Notes: a model not told the origin generated them from the letters alone. Shown: positions 51,374-62,500, numbered from the stretch's first letter. The stretch is DNA of 64,000 nt from Sphingobacteriales bacterium (GCA_021299635.1 JAJTFA010000003.1:78079-142078), one strand, 5' to 3'. Translations and numbers: made by a program.

Positions 51374-52114
51374 TTATGCTTCTTCTTTTTCAGCTGCAGC
51401 TTCTTTGCTGTCTGCTTCTGTTTCTTTTTCACGTTTTCGTTCAGCCAAGCCTTCTACAATTGCATCTGTAATCACACGTGATATCAGTGCTATTGATTTG
51501 GCAGCATCATCGTTTGCCGGAATCGGGTAATCCACTACAGTTGGGTCAGAATTGGTATCTACAATACCAAAAGTAGGGATGTTTAACTTATGCGCTTCGG
51601 CAACTGATATATGCTCTCGCTTAATGTCTATGATAAATAATGCAGCAGGCAGGCGGTTTAAATCGGCAATACCTCCAAGCAATCTTTTCAGCTTTACTTT
51701 CTCACGCTCTACCATCAAACGTTCTTTTTTGTTGATGTTTTCGTAAGTTCCGTCTGTAGCCATTTTCTCCAGTGCTTGGAGTTTTTTAATGGATTTGCGC
51801 ACGGTAGCAAAGTTGGTTAGCATACCACCAAGCCAACGCTCGGTTACAAAAGGCATGTTAACGCGTGCTGCTTCATTTTCAATGATTTCCTTGGCTTGTT
51901 TTTTAGTAGCCACGAAAAGCACTTTGCGTCCTGATTTCACAATGTTTTTAATGGCTGCTGCGGCCTCATCCAGCTTAACAGCTGTTTTGTTTAAATCGAT
52001 GAGGTGGATTCCGTTCTTTTCCATAAAAATGTATGGGGCCATTTTCGGATTCCATTTGCGGGTTAAGTGTCCAAAGTGAACACCCGCTTCCAATAATTCT
52101 TCCTGTTTTACCAT
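51374..52114 (-). CDS. rpsB: 30S ribosomal protein S2
   Basis: 246 aa. [24 protein letters not shown] and the rest of the S2 core are present, with an acidic C-terminal tail. Confidence 0.95.
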   Translation of the reverse strand: MVKQEELLEAGVHFGHLTRKWNPKMAPYIFMEKNGIHLIDLNKTAVKLDEAAAAIKNIVKSGRKVLFVATKKQAKEIIENEAARVNMPFVTERWLGGMLTNFATVRKSIKKLQALEKMATDGTYENINKKERLMVEREKVKLKRLLGGIADLNRLPAALFIIDIKREHISVAEAHKLNIPTFGIVDTNSDPTVVDYPIPANDDAAKSIALISRVITDAIVEGLAERKREKETEADSKEAAAEKEEA

Positions 52115-52152
52115 TTAGATTAAGTGTATATTGATTCGTTAAAAAATAGAGA

Positions 52153-52539
52153 TTAACGTTTAACGAACTGGAAGCGTCTGCGGGCTTTTTTCTGACCTGG
52201 TTTCTTACGCTCAACCATACGTGGGTCACGGGTAAGTAAACCAACAGCCTTCATAGCGGGCTTCAGTTCTGCGTTGTATTTTACCAATGCACGTGCAATA
52301 GCCAGTTTTACTGCATCAGACTGGCCGGTTACACCACCACCATCTACATTACAGTTAACATCAAACTGGCCGGCCGTACCGGTTACTTCAAAAGGTTTAT
52401 TTACGCTGTTTTGCAGCAATACAGTTGGAAAAAACACGTTGGCTTCTTTTCCGTTTACTGTAATTTTACCTGTTCCGGCAGTCATGTAAATGCGGGCAAC
52501 AGATGTTTTTCTTCTTCCTAATGCGTTTATCGCTTCCAT
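52153..52539 (-). CDS. rpsI: 30S ribosomal protein S9
   Basis: 128 aa with the C-terminal GQKKARRRFQFVKR and GRRKTSVARI signatures. Confidence 0.95.
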   Translation of the reverse strand: MEAINALGRRKTSVARIYMTAGTGKITVNGKEANVFFPTVLLQNSVNKPFEVTGTAGQFDVNCNVDGGGVTGQSDAVKLAIARALVKYNAELKPAMKAVGLLTRDPRMVERKKPGQKKARRRFQFVKR

Positions 52540-52542
52540 TGA

Positions 52543-52986
52543 TTAGAATTTTAAAGGTTTAGGCTGTTGTGCAGCATGTGGATGCTCAGAACCTGCATAA
52601 ACATATAGGTTTCTGAAAATTTCACGACCCAATTTATTGTTTGGCAACATGCCATCAATAGCGTGCTCCACAACATAGGTTGGTCTTCTTTCTAACAAGT
52701 TTTTGGCTGTTTCAAAGCGCTGTCCGCCCGGATAGCCTGAGTAAAACACATATTCCTTCTCCTCACGCTTATTTCCCGTAAAACGGATTTTGTCTGCATT
52801 GATGATGATGACATTATCTCCGCAATCTACATGGGGAGTAAAATCAGGCTTGTGCTTGCCTCTTAAAATGTTTGCCACTTTACTGGCAAAACGGCCTAAT
52901 GTTTGGCCTTCTGCATCAACAATAAACCACTCTTTTTTTACGGTGGCGCTGTTGGCTGAAACTGTTTTATAACTTAAAGTATCCAC
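52543..52986 (-). CDS. rplM: 50S ribosomal protein L13
   Basis: A GTG start at 52986 gives VDTLSYKTVSANSATVKKEWFIVDAEGQTLGR..., a canonical L13 N-terminus. The longer 169-aa ORF in the track adds a non-conserved 22-aa extension, which I reject. Confidence 0.9.
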   Translation of the reverse strand: MDTLSYKTVSANSATVKKEWFIVDAEGQTLGRFASKVANILRGKHKPDFTPHVDCGDNVIIINADKIRFTGNKREEKEYVFYSGYPGGQRFETAKNLLERRPTYVVEHAIDGMLPNNKLGREIFRNLYVYAGSEHPHAAQQPKPLKF

Positions 52987-53023
52987 AATAGATAATATTA
53001 ATTCGGTTTTGTTTAAGGGGTGG

Positions 53024-53056
53024 CAAAAATATGGCAAGGTTTTGTAATTCACAACT
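53024..53056 (-). promoter_or_regulatory. Putative Bacteroidota-type promoter for the rplM-rpsI-rpsB-tsf operon
   Basis: A minus-strand TATTTTTG (-7 box; plus coordinates 53024-53031) sits about 38 nt upstream of the GTG start. A TTG-containing -33-like box lies about 20 nt further upstream. Confidence 0.35.
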
Positions 53057-53144
53057 AATTGTGAAAAAAAGTAAAATCACAGGGCTTTTTATTGCCCTAA
53101 TTGATTCTCAGATGATTGCGTGAAGTTGTTTAAGCCTTGTCCGC

Positions 53145-53621
53145 TTAAAGTATTTTAACAAATCTTTTGGTTCTGTAAACGCCATCTGAATTGTATACAT
53201 ATACGATATAGCTTCCTATGGTTAAATAGCTGATATTGATATCAGAAGAAAACCAAGGTGCAGCGGTGAGCTCCTGCTCTATCCATAGGCGCCCCCAAAT
53301 ATCAAAAACAAACAGCCTGGAAAACTTTGGGGTGCTCTGCTGTATGGTAAATGTAAAGCTTGATTGGGCATAGGTAGGTAGAATGTCTATCTCATAGCCT
53401 GAGCAGGAACCATCAGTATAGGTTCGTACCCCGTTTCTCAGTTGGGCATCACACACATTTCTGTATGTTTTGTTGTCGCATCCGCAAACAGGTCTGAATT
53501 CTGTTGGGCATGGGAAGCCAGGACTAATGCTTAATGAATCAATACATCCTCCCCATTGCCCGGCAGCCTGAAATCCAGATGCACACCATATAAACAGCAA
53601 ACATGGGATGAAGATTTTCAC
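53145..53621 (-). CDS. Small T9SS-secreted protein with a Kazal-type serine protease inhibitor domain
   Basis: 158 aa with a signal peptide (KIFIPCLLFIWCASGFQAAGQ). The Kazal core CPTEFRPVCGCDNKTYRNVCDAQLRNGVRTYTDGSC carries PVCG-x-D-x-x-TY-x-N-x-C. The C-terminal ~70 aa (..LFVFDIWGRLWIEQ...ISYLTIGSYIVYVYNSDGVYRTKRFVKIL) resembles a T9SS CTD. The GTG start overlaps the pyk stop by 1 nt. Confidence 0.6.
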   Translation of the reverse strand: MKIFIPCLLFIWCASGFQAAGQWGGCIDSLSISPGFPCPTEFRPVCGCDNKTYRNVCDAQLRNGVRTYTDGSCSGYEIDILPTYAQSSFTFTIQQSTPKFSRLFVFDIWGRLWIEQELTAAPWFSSDINISYLTIGSYIVYVYNSDGVYRTKRFVKIL

Positions 53622-55057
53622 TATTTTATTTCTGTAATTTTAAGTGCATTTGTTCTTGCCCTTTCTTTAATTGGCATGCTTGCCGTATTAATAACTAGAT
53701 CACCCTTTTTAATAAATCCCATTTCAACCAATGCGTCATTCACCGTTTGTATGGAATGATCGGTGCTGTCAAATCCCTTATAATAAAATGCACGCACCCC
53801 CCAAACCAGATTGAGGGTGGAAATGAGGCGTACATTGCTTGTAAAGATAAAAATGGTTGCCCTGGGCCGGAATGACGAAATTTTATATGCAGTATAGCCG
53901 GAGAAAGTCATGCTTACAATGGCTGCAGCTTTAAGGTGGTCTGAAATGCGAACGGCTGTAAAACATATTTCATCACTTAAAAATGTAGGCGATTGTTCTG
54001 TTGGCCTTTTACCTTTAAAAAAGGGGGCATTGGTTTTTTCGGCTTCCTTAATGGTTTCGTGCATATACCTAACTGAAAGCACCGGATATGCGCCAACAGA
54101 CGTTTCTGCACTGAGCATTACCGCATCTGCACCATCCATAACTGCGTTGGCAATATCATTTAACTCAGCACGTGTAGGAGAGGGGTTTTGAATCATGCTT
54201 TCCATCATCTGGGTTGCAATAATTACGGGTTTACCTTTTTCAATGCACTTCTTCACAATCATCTTTTGAATAATGGGCACTTGTGCCATAGGCATTTCTA
54301 CGCCTAAATCGCCACGTGCTACCATCACCCCATCAGTTACCTCTAAAATTTCATCAAGATTTTTAACTGCTTCTGGTTTTTCAATTTTGGCAATTACGCG
54401 TGGTTTCCATTCGTACTGGTCAATAATCTGTTTAAGCTCAATAATGTCTTCTGCCTTGCGCACAAAAGAAAGTCCAATCCAATCCACTTTCTGTTCTATG
54501 CCAAACAACAAATCAGCTCGGTCTTTTTCAGTTAATGCCGGAATAGATAAATTGGTATGTGGCAGGTTAAAACCTTTTTTAGAAGAGAGCGCTCCGCCAA
54601 AAGTAACTTTACATTTTATTTCATCCACGCCATTGCTTGAAAGAACTTCCAGCTGCAACTTTCCGTCATCCAGCAAAATCAATTCACCGGGTTTTACATC
54701 TGCCGGCAGCGTGTTAAATTTAACCGATATTCTTTCTGCAGTTCCAATTTCGGGTTTTGTGGTTACTGTAATAATGGAATCTGTTTTAAGTGTTATTTTC
54801 CCATCTTTCATTTCTCCCACACGCAATTTTGGACCTTGCAGGTCAAGTAACTTTGCTACAAAAGTTCCCTTACTTTTATTAACGGCATTGATATTATCTA
54901 TTACCTGTTTGTGGTCTTCATAGCTGCCGTGGGAAAAATTTAGTCGGCATACATCTACTCCTTCATCTATAATGGCAGAAAGGTTTTCTATAGAACAGGT
55001 AGCCGGACCAATGGTGGCCACAATTTTTGTGCGGTTAAAAAACGGAGTTTGTTTCAT
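53621..55057 (-). CDS. pyk: Pyruvate kinase
   Basis: 478 aa. TKIVATIGPA, the K+-site/active-site motifs (..MVARGDLGVE..), and a C-terminal allosteric domain are present. Confidence 0.95.
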   Translation of the reverse strand: MKQTPFFNRTKIVATIGPATCSIENLSAIIDEGVDVCRLNFSHGSYEDHKQVIDNINAVNKSKGTFVAKLLDLQGPKLRVGEMKDGKITLKTDSIITVTTKPEIGTAERISVKFNTLPADVKPGELILLDDGKLQLEVLSSNGVDEIKCKVTFGGALSSKKGFNLPHTNLSIPALTEKDRADLLFGIEQKVDWIGLSFVRKAEDIIELKQIIDQYEWKPRVIAKIEKPEAVKNLDEILEVTDGVMVARGDLGVEMPMAQVPIIQKMIVKKCIEKGKPVIIATQMMESMIQNPSPTRAELNDIANAVMDGADAVMLSAETSVGAYPVLSVRYMHETIKEAEKTNAPFFKGKRPTEQSPTFLSDEICFTAVRISDHLKAAAIVSMTFSGYTAYKISSFRPRATIFIFTSNVRLISTLNLVWGVRAFYYKGFDSTDHSIQTVNDALVEMGFIKKGDLVINTASMPIKERARTNALKITEIK

Positions 55058-55067
55058 TGCGGCAAAA

Positions 55068-55484
55068 TTAAAAATTCAAATGCTGTCTTTGTTTTAAATG
55101 TTTGTGTTGCAATTCCGAAATAAGCTGTACTTCAGGAATTGACTGAATAAGGCGTGTAAAGGTAGTTTTTTCAAAGAACTCCAGCCCGCCTTTTATAATA
55201 ATGAAATAATCAATATTACGTAACTCATTCATGAGCAGTAAGGATTCATCTCTGTTCTGTAATAAATAAAATGAAAGATGGTTTATTTCATCCGTGTAAT
55301 AATAACGGTGATGAAATTGTTGTATCCCCTCTCCTGAATAAATAACGAGATCGTCATCAGAAGCAAACTGATAACCGAGGTGTTTGTTGATAAGCCACGA
55401 CATGCGGTGCGGTATTTCCTGCGATACAATGCCGAAAAGCAGAAAATCATCGTCATATCCGGTATCCAAAAATATTTTTTTCAC
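55068..55484 (-). CDS. Small conserved hypothetical protein, possibly related to the IPExxxVDY family that I recall lying near acpP/pyk in Bacteroidota
   Basis: 138 aa. ..LFGIVSQEIPHRMSWLINKHLGY.. is loosely like the IPExxxVDY family motif. There is no signal peptide. This is a low-confidence family assignment. Confidence 0.45.
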   Translation of the reverse strand: MKKIFLDTGYDDDFLLFGIVSQEIPHRMSWLINKHLGYQFASDDDLVIYSGEGIQQFHHRYYYTDEINHLSFYLLQNRDESLLLMNELRNIDYFIIIKGGLEFFEKTTFTRLIQSIPEVQLISELQHKHLKQRQHLNF

Positions 55485-55675
55485 TTCGCAAAGGTTGGTA
55501 TTGCGGAGCAGAAAATTGCATCAGGTAACCAAATATTTACAAGCATCTTACGCCCCCGTTGTACTAAAAGAATGACACTGTTTTTTGGTTTTATTTTCAA
55601 AAAAATGAAGCTTTTGCCTTTTTCATTAAAAAAATACTTTATTTGCACCCTCAAAACCTTTTAAACCAAACAATA

Positions 55676-55915
55676 ATGTCAGACATCGCAACAAGAGTAA
55701 AAGCTATCATTATGGATAAGCTTGGCGTAGAAGAAAGCGAAATCACCAACGAATCAAATTTTACCAATGATCTTGGTGCCGATTCGCTCGACACTGTTGA
55801 ACTTATCATGGAATTTGAAAAAGAGTTCAACATTGCCATTCCTGATGATCAGGCTGAAAAAATCGGCACGGTAGGTCAGGCTATCTCCTACATCGAGCAG
55901 AACGTAAAAAGCTAA
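55676..55915 (+). CDS. acpP: Acyl carrier protein
   Basis: The start is at [18 protein letters not shown].... The phosphopantetheine-attachment motif [17 protein letters not shown] is present, with the Ser in DSL. The upstream extension in the track is rejected. Confidence 0.95.
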   Translation: MSDIATRVKAIIMDKLGVEESEITNESNFTNDLGADSLDTVELIMEFEKEFNIAIPDDQAEKIGTVGQAISYIEQNVKS

Positions 55916-55946
55916 TTTTTACCCTCATTTTTAAAAAGACAGTTCA

Positions 55947-57194
55947 ATGTCATCTCGCAGAGTAGTTGTTACAGGAATTGGTGCACTAACACCCATTGGT
56001 AACAATTTACAGGAGTATTGGAACGCATTGTCGAACGGTGTGAGCGGGGCAGGCCCTATCACCCGTTTTGACGCTTCCAAGTTTAAGACCCGTTTTGCCT
56101 GTGAATTAAAAAACTTTGACGTTAACAATTTTATCGACCGCAAAGAAGCACGCAGAATGGATCCTTATACCCATTATGCTATTATTACTTCTGATGAGGC
56201 GATAAAGGATTCAGGTCTTGATTTGGAAAAAATCAACAAAGACCGTGCAGCAGTTATATGGGCATCAGGAATTGGTGGTTTAACCAGTTTTTTTCATGAA
56301 GTGGTTGCTTTTGGCCGCGGTGACGGCACACCACGTTTCAGCCCGTTTTTTATTCCGATGATGATTGCCGATATCGCTGCAGGCCTCATTTCTATTAAAT
56401 ATGGATTCAGGGGTCCAAACTTTGCTGTTGTATCGGCCTGTGCCAGCTCAACAAATGCTATTTCAGAAGCTTTTCATTACATACGAATGGGCAAGGCAGA
56501 TTTAGCCATTACCGGTGGATCTGAAGCTTGCGTAAATGAACCTGCCATTGGCGGATTCAACTCAATGAAAGCCCTTTCAGAAAGAAATGATAGCCCTGAA
56601 ACAGCCTCAAGGCCTTACGATAAAGACCGCGATGGATTTGTGTTGGGCGAAGGCGCAGGTGCCCTCATTCTGGAAGAATACGAGCATGCGGTAGCACGCG
56701 GAGCAAAAATTTATGCAGAGATTGTAGGTTGCGGAGCATCAGGAGACGCATACCATATGACTGCCCCACACCCTGAAGGATTGGGTGCAAAAAATGTGAT
56801 GCACATGGCATTGAATGATGCCGGATTGAAACCGGAGGATGTTGATTATATCAATGTGCATGGCACATCTACACCGCTTGGCGATCCGCAGGAAATAAAA
56901 GCTATACAAAACGTATTTGGCGATCATGCCTTTCATTTAAATATCAGTTCTACCAAATCAATGACCGGCCATTTACTAGGCGGTGCAGGAGCCATTGAAT
57001 CAATTGCCTGCCTATTGGCTATTAATAAAGGAATCATTCCGCCTACCATTAATCACTTCACTGATGATCCGGAAATAGATCCTAAGCTTAATCTTACCTT
57101 TAACAAAGCGCAGCAGCGTGAAGTAAAGGTTGCATTAAGCAATACCTTTGGTTTTGGTGGCCATAATGCTTCGGTTATCTTTAAAAAAGTGTAA
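55947..57194 (+). CDS. fabF: 3-oxoacyl-[ACP] synthase II (KAS II)
   Basis: 415 aa. The active-site Cys context AVVSACASSTNAI, the His-His pair (..HGTSTPLGD.. and ..KSMTGHLLGGAG..) and overall KAS II architecture are present. Confidence 0.95.
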   Translation: MSSRRVVVTGIGALTPIGNNLQEYWNALSNGVSGAGPITRFDASKFKTRFACELKNFDVNNFIDRKEARRMDPYTHYAIITSDEAIKDSGLDLEKINKDRAAVIWASGIGGLTSFFHEVVAFGRGDGTPRFSPFFIPMMIADIAAGLISIKYGFRGPNFAVVSACASSTNAISEAFHYIRMGKADLAITGGSEACVNEPAIGGFNSMKALSERNDSPETASRPYDKDRDGFVLGEGAGALILEEYEHAVARGAKIYAEIVGCGASGDAYHMTAPHPEGLGAKNVMHMALNDAGLKPEDVDYINVHGTSTPLGDPQEIKAIQNVFGDHAFHLNISSTKSMTGHLLGGAGAIESIACLLAINKGIIPPTINHFTDDPEIDPKLNLTFNKAQQREVKVALSNTFGFGGHNASVIFKKV

Positions 57195-57205
57195 ACCTTT
57201 ATACT

Positions 57206-57943
57206 TTGGTTAAACGTTTACTCAGCAGCGTTTTCATTTTACCATTTTCTAAGCACAAGATTTTGTGCAAAAACATTTATCATATATCAGGCGTGGTGCC
57301 TACAAATGTTAAGTGTTATATCCAGGCACTCAGGCATCACTCGGTATCAAGCACCATTCATGAAAATGGTTCCAAAGACAGCAATGAGCGTTTGGAGTTT
57401 TTAGGTGATGCGGTTTTAAATACCGTAATAGCAGAATATCTGTTTAAAAAATACCCGTTTAAAAGTGAAGGTTTTTTAACCGAGATGCGCTCCAAAATAG
57501 TAAGCAGAGAAAGTTTAAACGAACTGGCATTAAAGTTAGGACTGAATCACTTGGTGGTGTATGATAGAAGAGCTCTTGGCATAAATAATAAAAACACCAT
57601 TTTCGGCAATGCGCTGGAGGCTTTTATAGGTGCCATATTTTTGGACGCAGGATTTTATTCTGCAAAAAAATTTATTACCTACCGCATGCTTGCTCACCTT
57701 GATATTGATAAGATACAAAACACTGAGAAAAATTTTAAAGGTAAACTCATTGAGTGGGCTCAGAAAAATAACCATAGCATAGCATTTGAAAGCATGGAAG
57801 AAATGAGTGGCAAGCAAAAAATTTATACGGTAAGTGTGGTTATTGATAACGACACCAAAGGCATGGCCGAGCACATTTCTAAAAAGAAAGCTGAGCAAAT
57901 GGCATCAGAAAAAGCTGCAGAGTTGCTAGGTATTGCGCTTTAA
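57206..57943 (+). CDS. rnc: Ribonuclease III
   Basis: 245 aa. The RNase III signature ERLEFLGDAVL is followed by a C-terminal dsRBD (..KGKLIEWAQKNN...YTVSVVIDND..). Confidence 0.9.
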   Translation: MVKRLLSSVFILPFSKHKILCKNIYHISGVVPTNVKCYIQALRHHSVSSTIHENGSKDSNERLEFLGDAVLNTVIAEYLFKKYPFKSEGFLTEMRSKIVSRESLNELALKLGLNHLVVYDRRALGINNKNTIFGNALEAFIGAIFLDAGFYSAKKFITYRMLAHLDIDKIQNTEKNFKGKLIEWAQKNNHSIAFESMEEMSGKQKIYTVSVVIDNDTKGMAEHISKKKAEQMASEKAAELLGIAL

Positions 57944-57974
57944 AGCAAAGGCAATCTTACTGTAGTAATATTTA

Positions 57975-59387
57975 TCAATTAGCACTATTTGTTGTACCCT
58001 CAAACTCTAAATTGAGGTTGCGAATATTGGCAAATCCGCCATATACATTTTTAACCAAGGTAAAACCTTTTGATTTAAGGAAGGAAGCAGCAATCATGCT
58101 TCGATAACCACCTGCACAGTGCACCAAGTATTCCTCATTCTTGTCCAAATTGCTATAATCTTTTGTAAGCGTATCAAGCGGAAAGTTTAACGCAGTTTTC
58201 ATATGTAAACCGGCAAACTCACCCGGCTTGCGCACGTCCAACACTTTTACTGCAGTGTTTTTAACATCAAGTGCAAACTCTTCATCATCAATGCTGATAA
58301 TCATATCATACCTTTTACCGGACTCTTTCCAAGCGTCAAAACTTCCTTTCAAATAGCCCTTGATATGCTCAAAACCCACACGGGTTAAGCGTTCTATGCT
58401 TTCTCTTTCTTTCCCTTCATCTGCCACAATCACAAGGGGTGTTTGAATATCGAGTAATGTAGCAGCCCAGATGGCATACTGCCCGTTTAGTCCGAAATTG
58501 AGTGCACCCGGAATAAATCCTTGTTCAAACACATCGGGTATTCGTGTATCAACTATGGTGCATCCATCATGCGTGTATTTTTCAAAGGCTTCTATAGAAA
58601 GTGGTATTAAGCCATTTTCTATAATTTGTTCTATTGGTGTATAGCCTTGCTTATTTAATTTGGCATCTTTAAAAAAATAGGCCGGTGCAGGATGTATACC
58701 TTCGGTTAAAGTTTTAATAAATGCTTCTTTACTCATGCTTTGTAAGGCATAATTATTTTCTTTTTGCTCACCTATGGTTGAGAAAGTTTCTTTACCAATA
58801 TTTTTACCGCATGCACTTCCAGCACCATGCGCAGGGTAAACAATAACTTCATCAGGCAATGTCATAAGCTTATTGCGCAAAGAATCATACATCATCCCGG
58901 CAAGTTCTTCCTTGGTCATTACACCATCCAGTAAATCAGGTCGGCCTACATCGCCAACAAACAGTGTATCACCAGTAAAAACGCAGTGTGCTTTACCCAT
59001 TTCATCAAGCAATAAAAAGCAGCTTGATTCCGGGGTATGGCCGGGCGTGTGCAGTACCTGAATGGTAAGTTTTCCCAGTTTTATTTCCTCACCATCGGTT
59101 GCAACATGCACCGGGTAGGCTGTTTGGGTAGTTGGTCCGTAAATAATTTTTGCACCTGTTTTGTTTGCAAGGTCTATGTGTCCGCTTACAAAGTCGGCAT
59201 GAAAATGTGTTTCAAAAATATATTTGATATTGGCGTGATGTGATTGTGCAAGTTGCAGGTATGCATCATAATCTCTTAGCGGATCAATGATGGCGGCTTC
59301 GCCTTCCGATTCGATATAATATGCTGCCTGTGCAAGGCAATTGGTATAAAGTTGTTGTATAAACATGGCTGTGAAATTAGCTAACAA
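57975..59387 (-). CDS. MBL-fold metallo-hydrolase fused to two rhodanese domains (persulfide dioxygenase / CstB-like)
   Basis: 470 aa. The N-terminal ETHFHADFVSGH is the HxHxDH metallo-beta-lactamase motif, as in ETHE1-like enzymes. Two C-terminal rhodanese-like modules follow, the second with an active-site-loop Cys (..EYLVHCAGGYRSMIAASFL..). Confidence 0.75.
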   Translation of the reverse strand: MLANFTAMFIQQLYTNCLAQAAYYIESEGEAAIIDPLRDYDAYLQLAQSHHANIKYIFETHFHADFVSGHIDLANKTGAKIIYGPTTQTAYPVHVATDGEEIKLGKLTIQVLHTPGHTPESSCFLLLDEMGKAHCVFTGDTLFVGDVGRPDLLDGVMTKEELAGMMYDSLRNKLMTLPDEVIVYPAHGAGSACGKNIGKETFSTIGEQKENNYALQSMSKEAFIKTLTEGIHPAPAYFFKDAKLNKQGYTPIEQIIENGLIPLSIEAFEKYTHDGCTIVDTRIPDVFEQGFIPGALNFGLNGQYAIWAATLLDIQTPLVIVADEGKERESIERLTRVGFEHIKGYLKGSFDAWKESGKRYDMIISIDDEEFALDVKNTAVKVLDVRKPGEFAGLHMKTALNFPLDTLTKDYSNLDKNEEYLVHCAGGYRSMIAASFLKSKGFTLVKNVYGGFANIRNLNLEFEGTTNSAN

Positions 59388-59519
59388 ATATATATTTTTT
59401 GACCAGTCAATTTAATAGCTCGATTCATATAGAGTTAACATTAGCTTGATTTAAATATAAAATCTGCATAACAATGTGGTGGCTTTTATAAGCCTATTTC
59501 GTAGCTCATTTAAACACAT

Positions 59520-62500
59520 ATGAGCAGAAATAATTTACTCTCGTTATTTGGTATTATTTGCGTGCTTTTTTGCGCGATTCCATTTAATACCCAAGCACAA
59601 ATCAATGTGCAGCTTCTTGGCAGGTATTCTATTGGTACCTACAATTCAAATGGTGGTGTAGCTGAAATATCAGCTTACGACCCAAGTACCAAACGAATGT
59701 ATGTTGTTAACGGACCGGACACTTCATTCAGAATTGTGAATATGGCCAATCCGGCTATTCCTGTTCTGATTTCAACCATCTCTGTTAAACCTTATGGTAT
59801 TGATGTAACATCTATAACCACAAATAAAAAAGGATTGGTTGCCATTGCGGTGATAGATTCGAACGGAAAAACAAATCCCAGCAGCATCGTATTTTTAGAT
59901 GCAAATGGAAGTTTCATCAGTAAGGTGAAAGCAGGAGCGAATACTGACCATATTATCTTTACACCGGATGGTAAAAAATTATTGTGTGCCAATGAAGGAG
60001 AGCCCAATGTTGGATATACGATAGATCCTGAAGGTTCCATTTCTATCATAGATGTATCAGGTGGTGCTTCATCGCTTACACAAGCCAATGTGCAAACAGC
60101 AGGGTTTACTGCTTTCAATGCTCCTGCCACCATTAATCCCAATATCCGCATTTTAGGAAGAATACAAAGCGGAGGCGCTTTCCTACGCAACTCAACAGTT
60201 GCTGAAGATTTGGAACCGGAGTACATCGCTGTTTCTGATGACAACAGCACAGCGTGGGTAACTTGCCAGGAGAATAATGCACTGGCAGTGGTGAATATAA
60301 ATACAGCTACAGTTACAGCACTTTTACCGCTAGGTTTCAAAAACCACAATTTGGCTGGCAATGGCCTGGATGCATCCGACAGACAATCTTCTATATTACC
60401 GGGAATAATCAATATCCGCACCTTACCTGTATTCGGCATGTATCAGCCCGATGGCATTGTTAGCTACCGTGCAGGCAGTCAAACATTCTTGGTAACTGCA
60501 AATGAAGGTGATGCCCGCGCAGATTGGGGCAGTGCCAATAATGAAGAAGTAAGAGTAAATAACGCCTCGTTTATATTGGATACAGTTAAGTTTGGTGGGG
60601 CAGCGGCAGTAGCAGCAATAAAAACCGATAGTGTATTAGGCCGTTTAAATGTAACCAACCGCTGGGGCGATTTCAATAATGACGGCAGAATAGATAGTAT
60701 CTTTACGTTTGGCGCACGTTCATTTTCTATCTGGAATGCAACTACTGGTGCATTGGTGTGGGATAGCAAAGACGATTTTGAACAACGCATTGCAGCGCTT
60801 CTCCCGTCAAACTTTAATGCAGGCCACACCACCAATGCTTTGGATGATCGCAGTGATAATAAAGGTCCCGAACCTGAAGCTGTTACAATTGGTCGCATAC
60901 TCGATTCGACCTATGCATTTGTTGGTCTTGAGCGTATTGGTGGTTTCTTTGTTTACAATATTACTAATCCCAATAATCCGTATTTTGTTCAATATATTAA
61001 CACCAGAAATTTTAGCGTAACGCCCAGCCAGGCTAATTTAGCAACAGTAGGAGATTTGGGTCCTGAAGGCATAGTGTTTATACCACGAAACGAAAGCCCC
61101 AACGGAAAAGATTTGATAATGCTTTCCAACGAAGTAAGCGGCACCGTTGCAATTTATCAGGTCAATTCACGTAGCGCTTATCAGATGCAAATTTTACATT
61201 CATCAGATATGGAGAGCAGTGTTTCTGCAGTAGTGGACGCTCCGAATTTTGCAGCCGTTGTGGATGAGCTGGAAGACCGCCACACCAATACACTTATCCT
61301 TTCTTCAGGCGATAATGTGCTTCCGGGTCCGTTTTTGTCATCAGGTGAAGATGCTTCATTGCAAACACCTCTGCGCACAACGGCATCATCTTACTGGTCG
61401 GGAAACAGCGGTCAACTGCGTGCTGCTATTGGCCGCCCTGATATTGCTATCATGAATGCAATTGGATACAATGCATCTGCTTTAGGAAACCATGAATTTG
61501 ATTTGGGAACATCAGAATTAAACAGTCAGATTGGTGTAGATATAAGAAGTAGTGGGGCAGACAGGCGCTGGATAGGTGCTCAATTCCCGTTTGTATCATG
61601 TAACCTTAACTTTGCAAATGATGTTAATTTAAGTTATCTGTATACCAACCAGATATTATCAGATACAGCATTCAGAACTTCACCAACCATTACTGCCAAC
61701 TCACAAAAAAGAGGTATTGCACCTTCTGTAATTATTGAACGCGGTGGCGAGCGCATTGGTATAGTAGGTGCCACTACACAGGTTTTGGCTTCTATATCAT
61801 CTCCGGGAGCCACAACAGTTACAGGCGGACCAACAGATAATATGCCCTTACTTGCTAGCATTATTCAACCGGTGGTTGATTCGCTCCGTTCGTTGGGCAT
61901 CAATAAAATTATTTTACTCTCGCACCTGCAGCAAATTGCCAATGAAAAAGCGCTGGCCCCTTTGCTCAGGCATGTAGATATTATTATTTCGGGTGGTAAC
62001 CATGCATTCACTGCAGATGGCAACGACCGCTTAACTCCGGGTCATGCAGCTACAGAAAGATATCCTATTTTAACGACCAACAATAACGGACAGCCTTTGG
62101 CTATTCTAAACACCACCAGTGAGTGGAAATATGTTGGCCGTTTTGTTTGTGATTTTGACACAGCGGGTGTGTTGTTGCCTAACTTGCTCGACTCAACCAT
62201 AAATGGTGCTTATGTAGCCGATACGGCAATGGTTACATCACTTTGGGGCAGCTATGCTGCTGCATTTGCAACCGGAACCAAAGGAGCCAATGTAAGAATA
62301 TTGTGCAATGCTGTTGGTTCTGTTATTACCGCAAAGGATGGCAACAAATTCGGCAGATCAAACGTGTTTCTGGAAGGCAGAAGAAATTTTGTTAGAACAG
62401 AAGAAACAAATTTTGGTAACCTTACATCTGATGCCAACCTGTGGTATGCCAAACAATATGATCCTCAGGTGAGGATTTCTATAAAAAATGGCGGAGGTAT

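Noticed and set aside
52543-53052. 169-aa version of rplM with a 22-aa N-terminal extension
   Set aside because: The extension (MNYKTLPYFCHPLNKTELILSI) is not L13-like. A GTG at 52986 gives the canonical L13 N-terminus.
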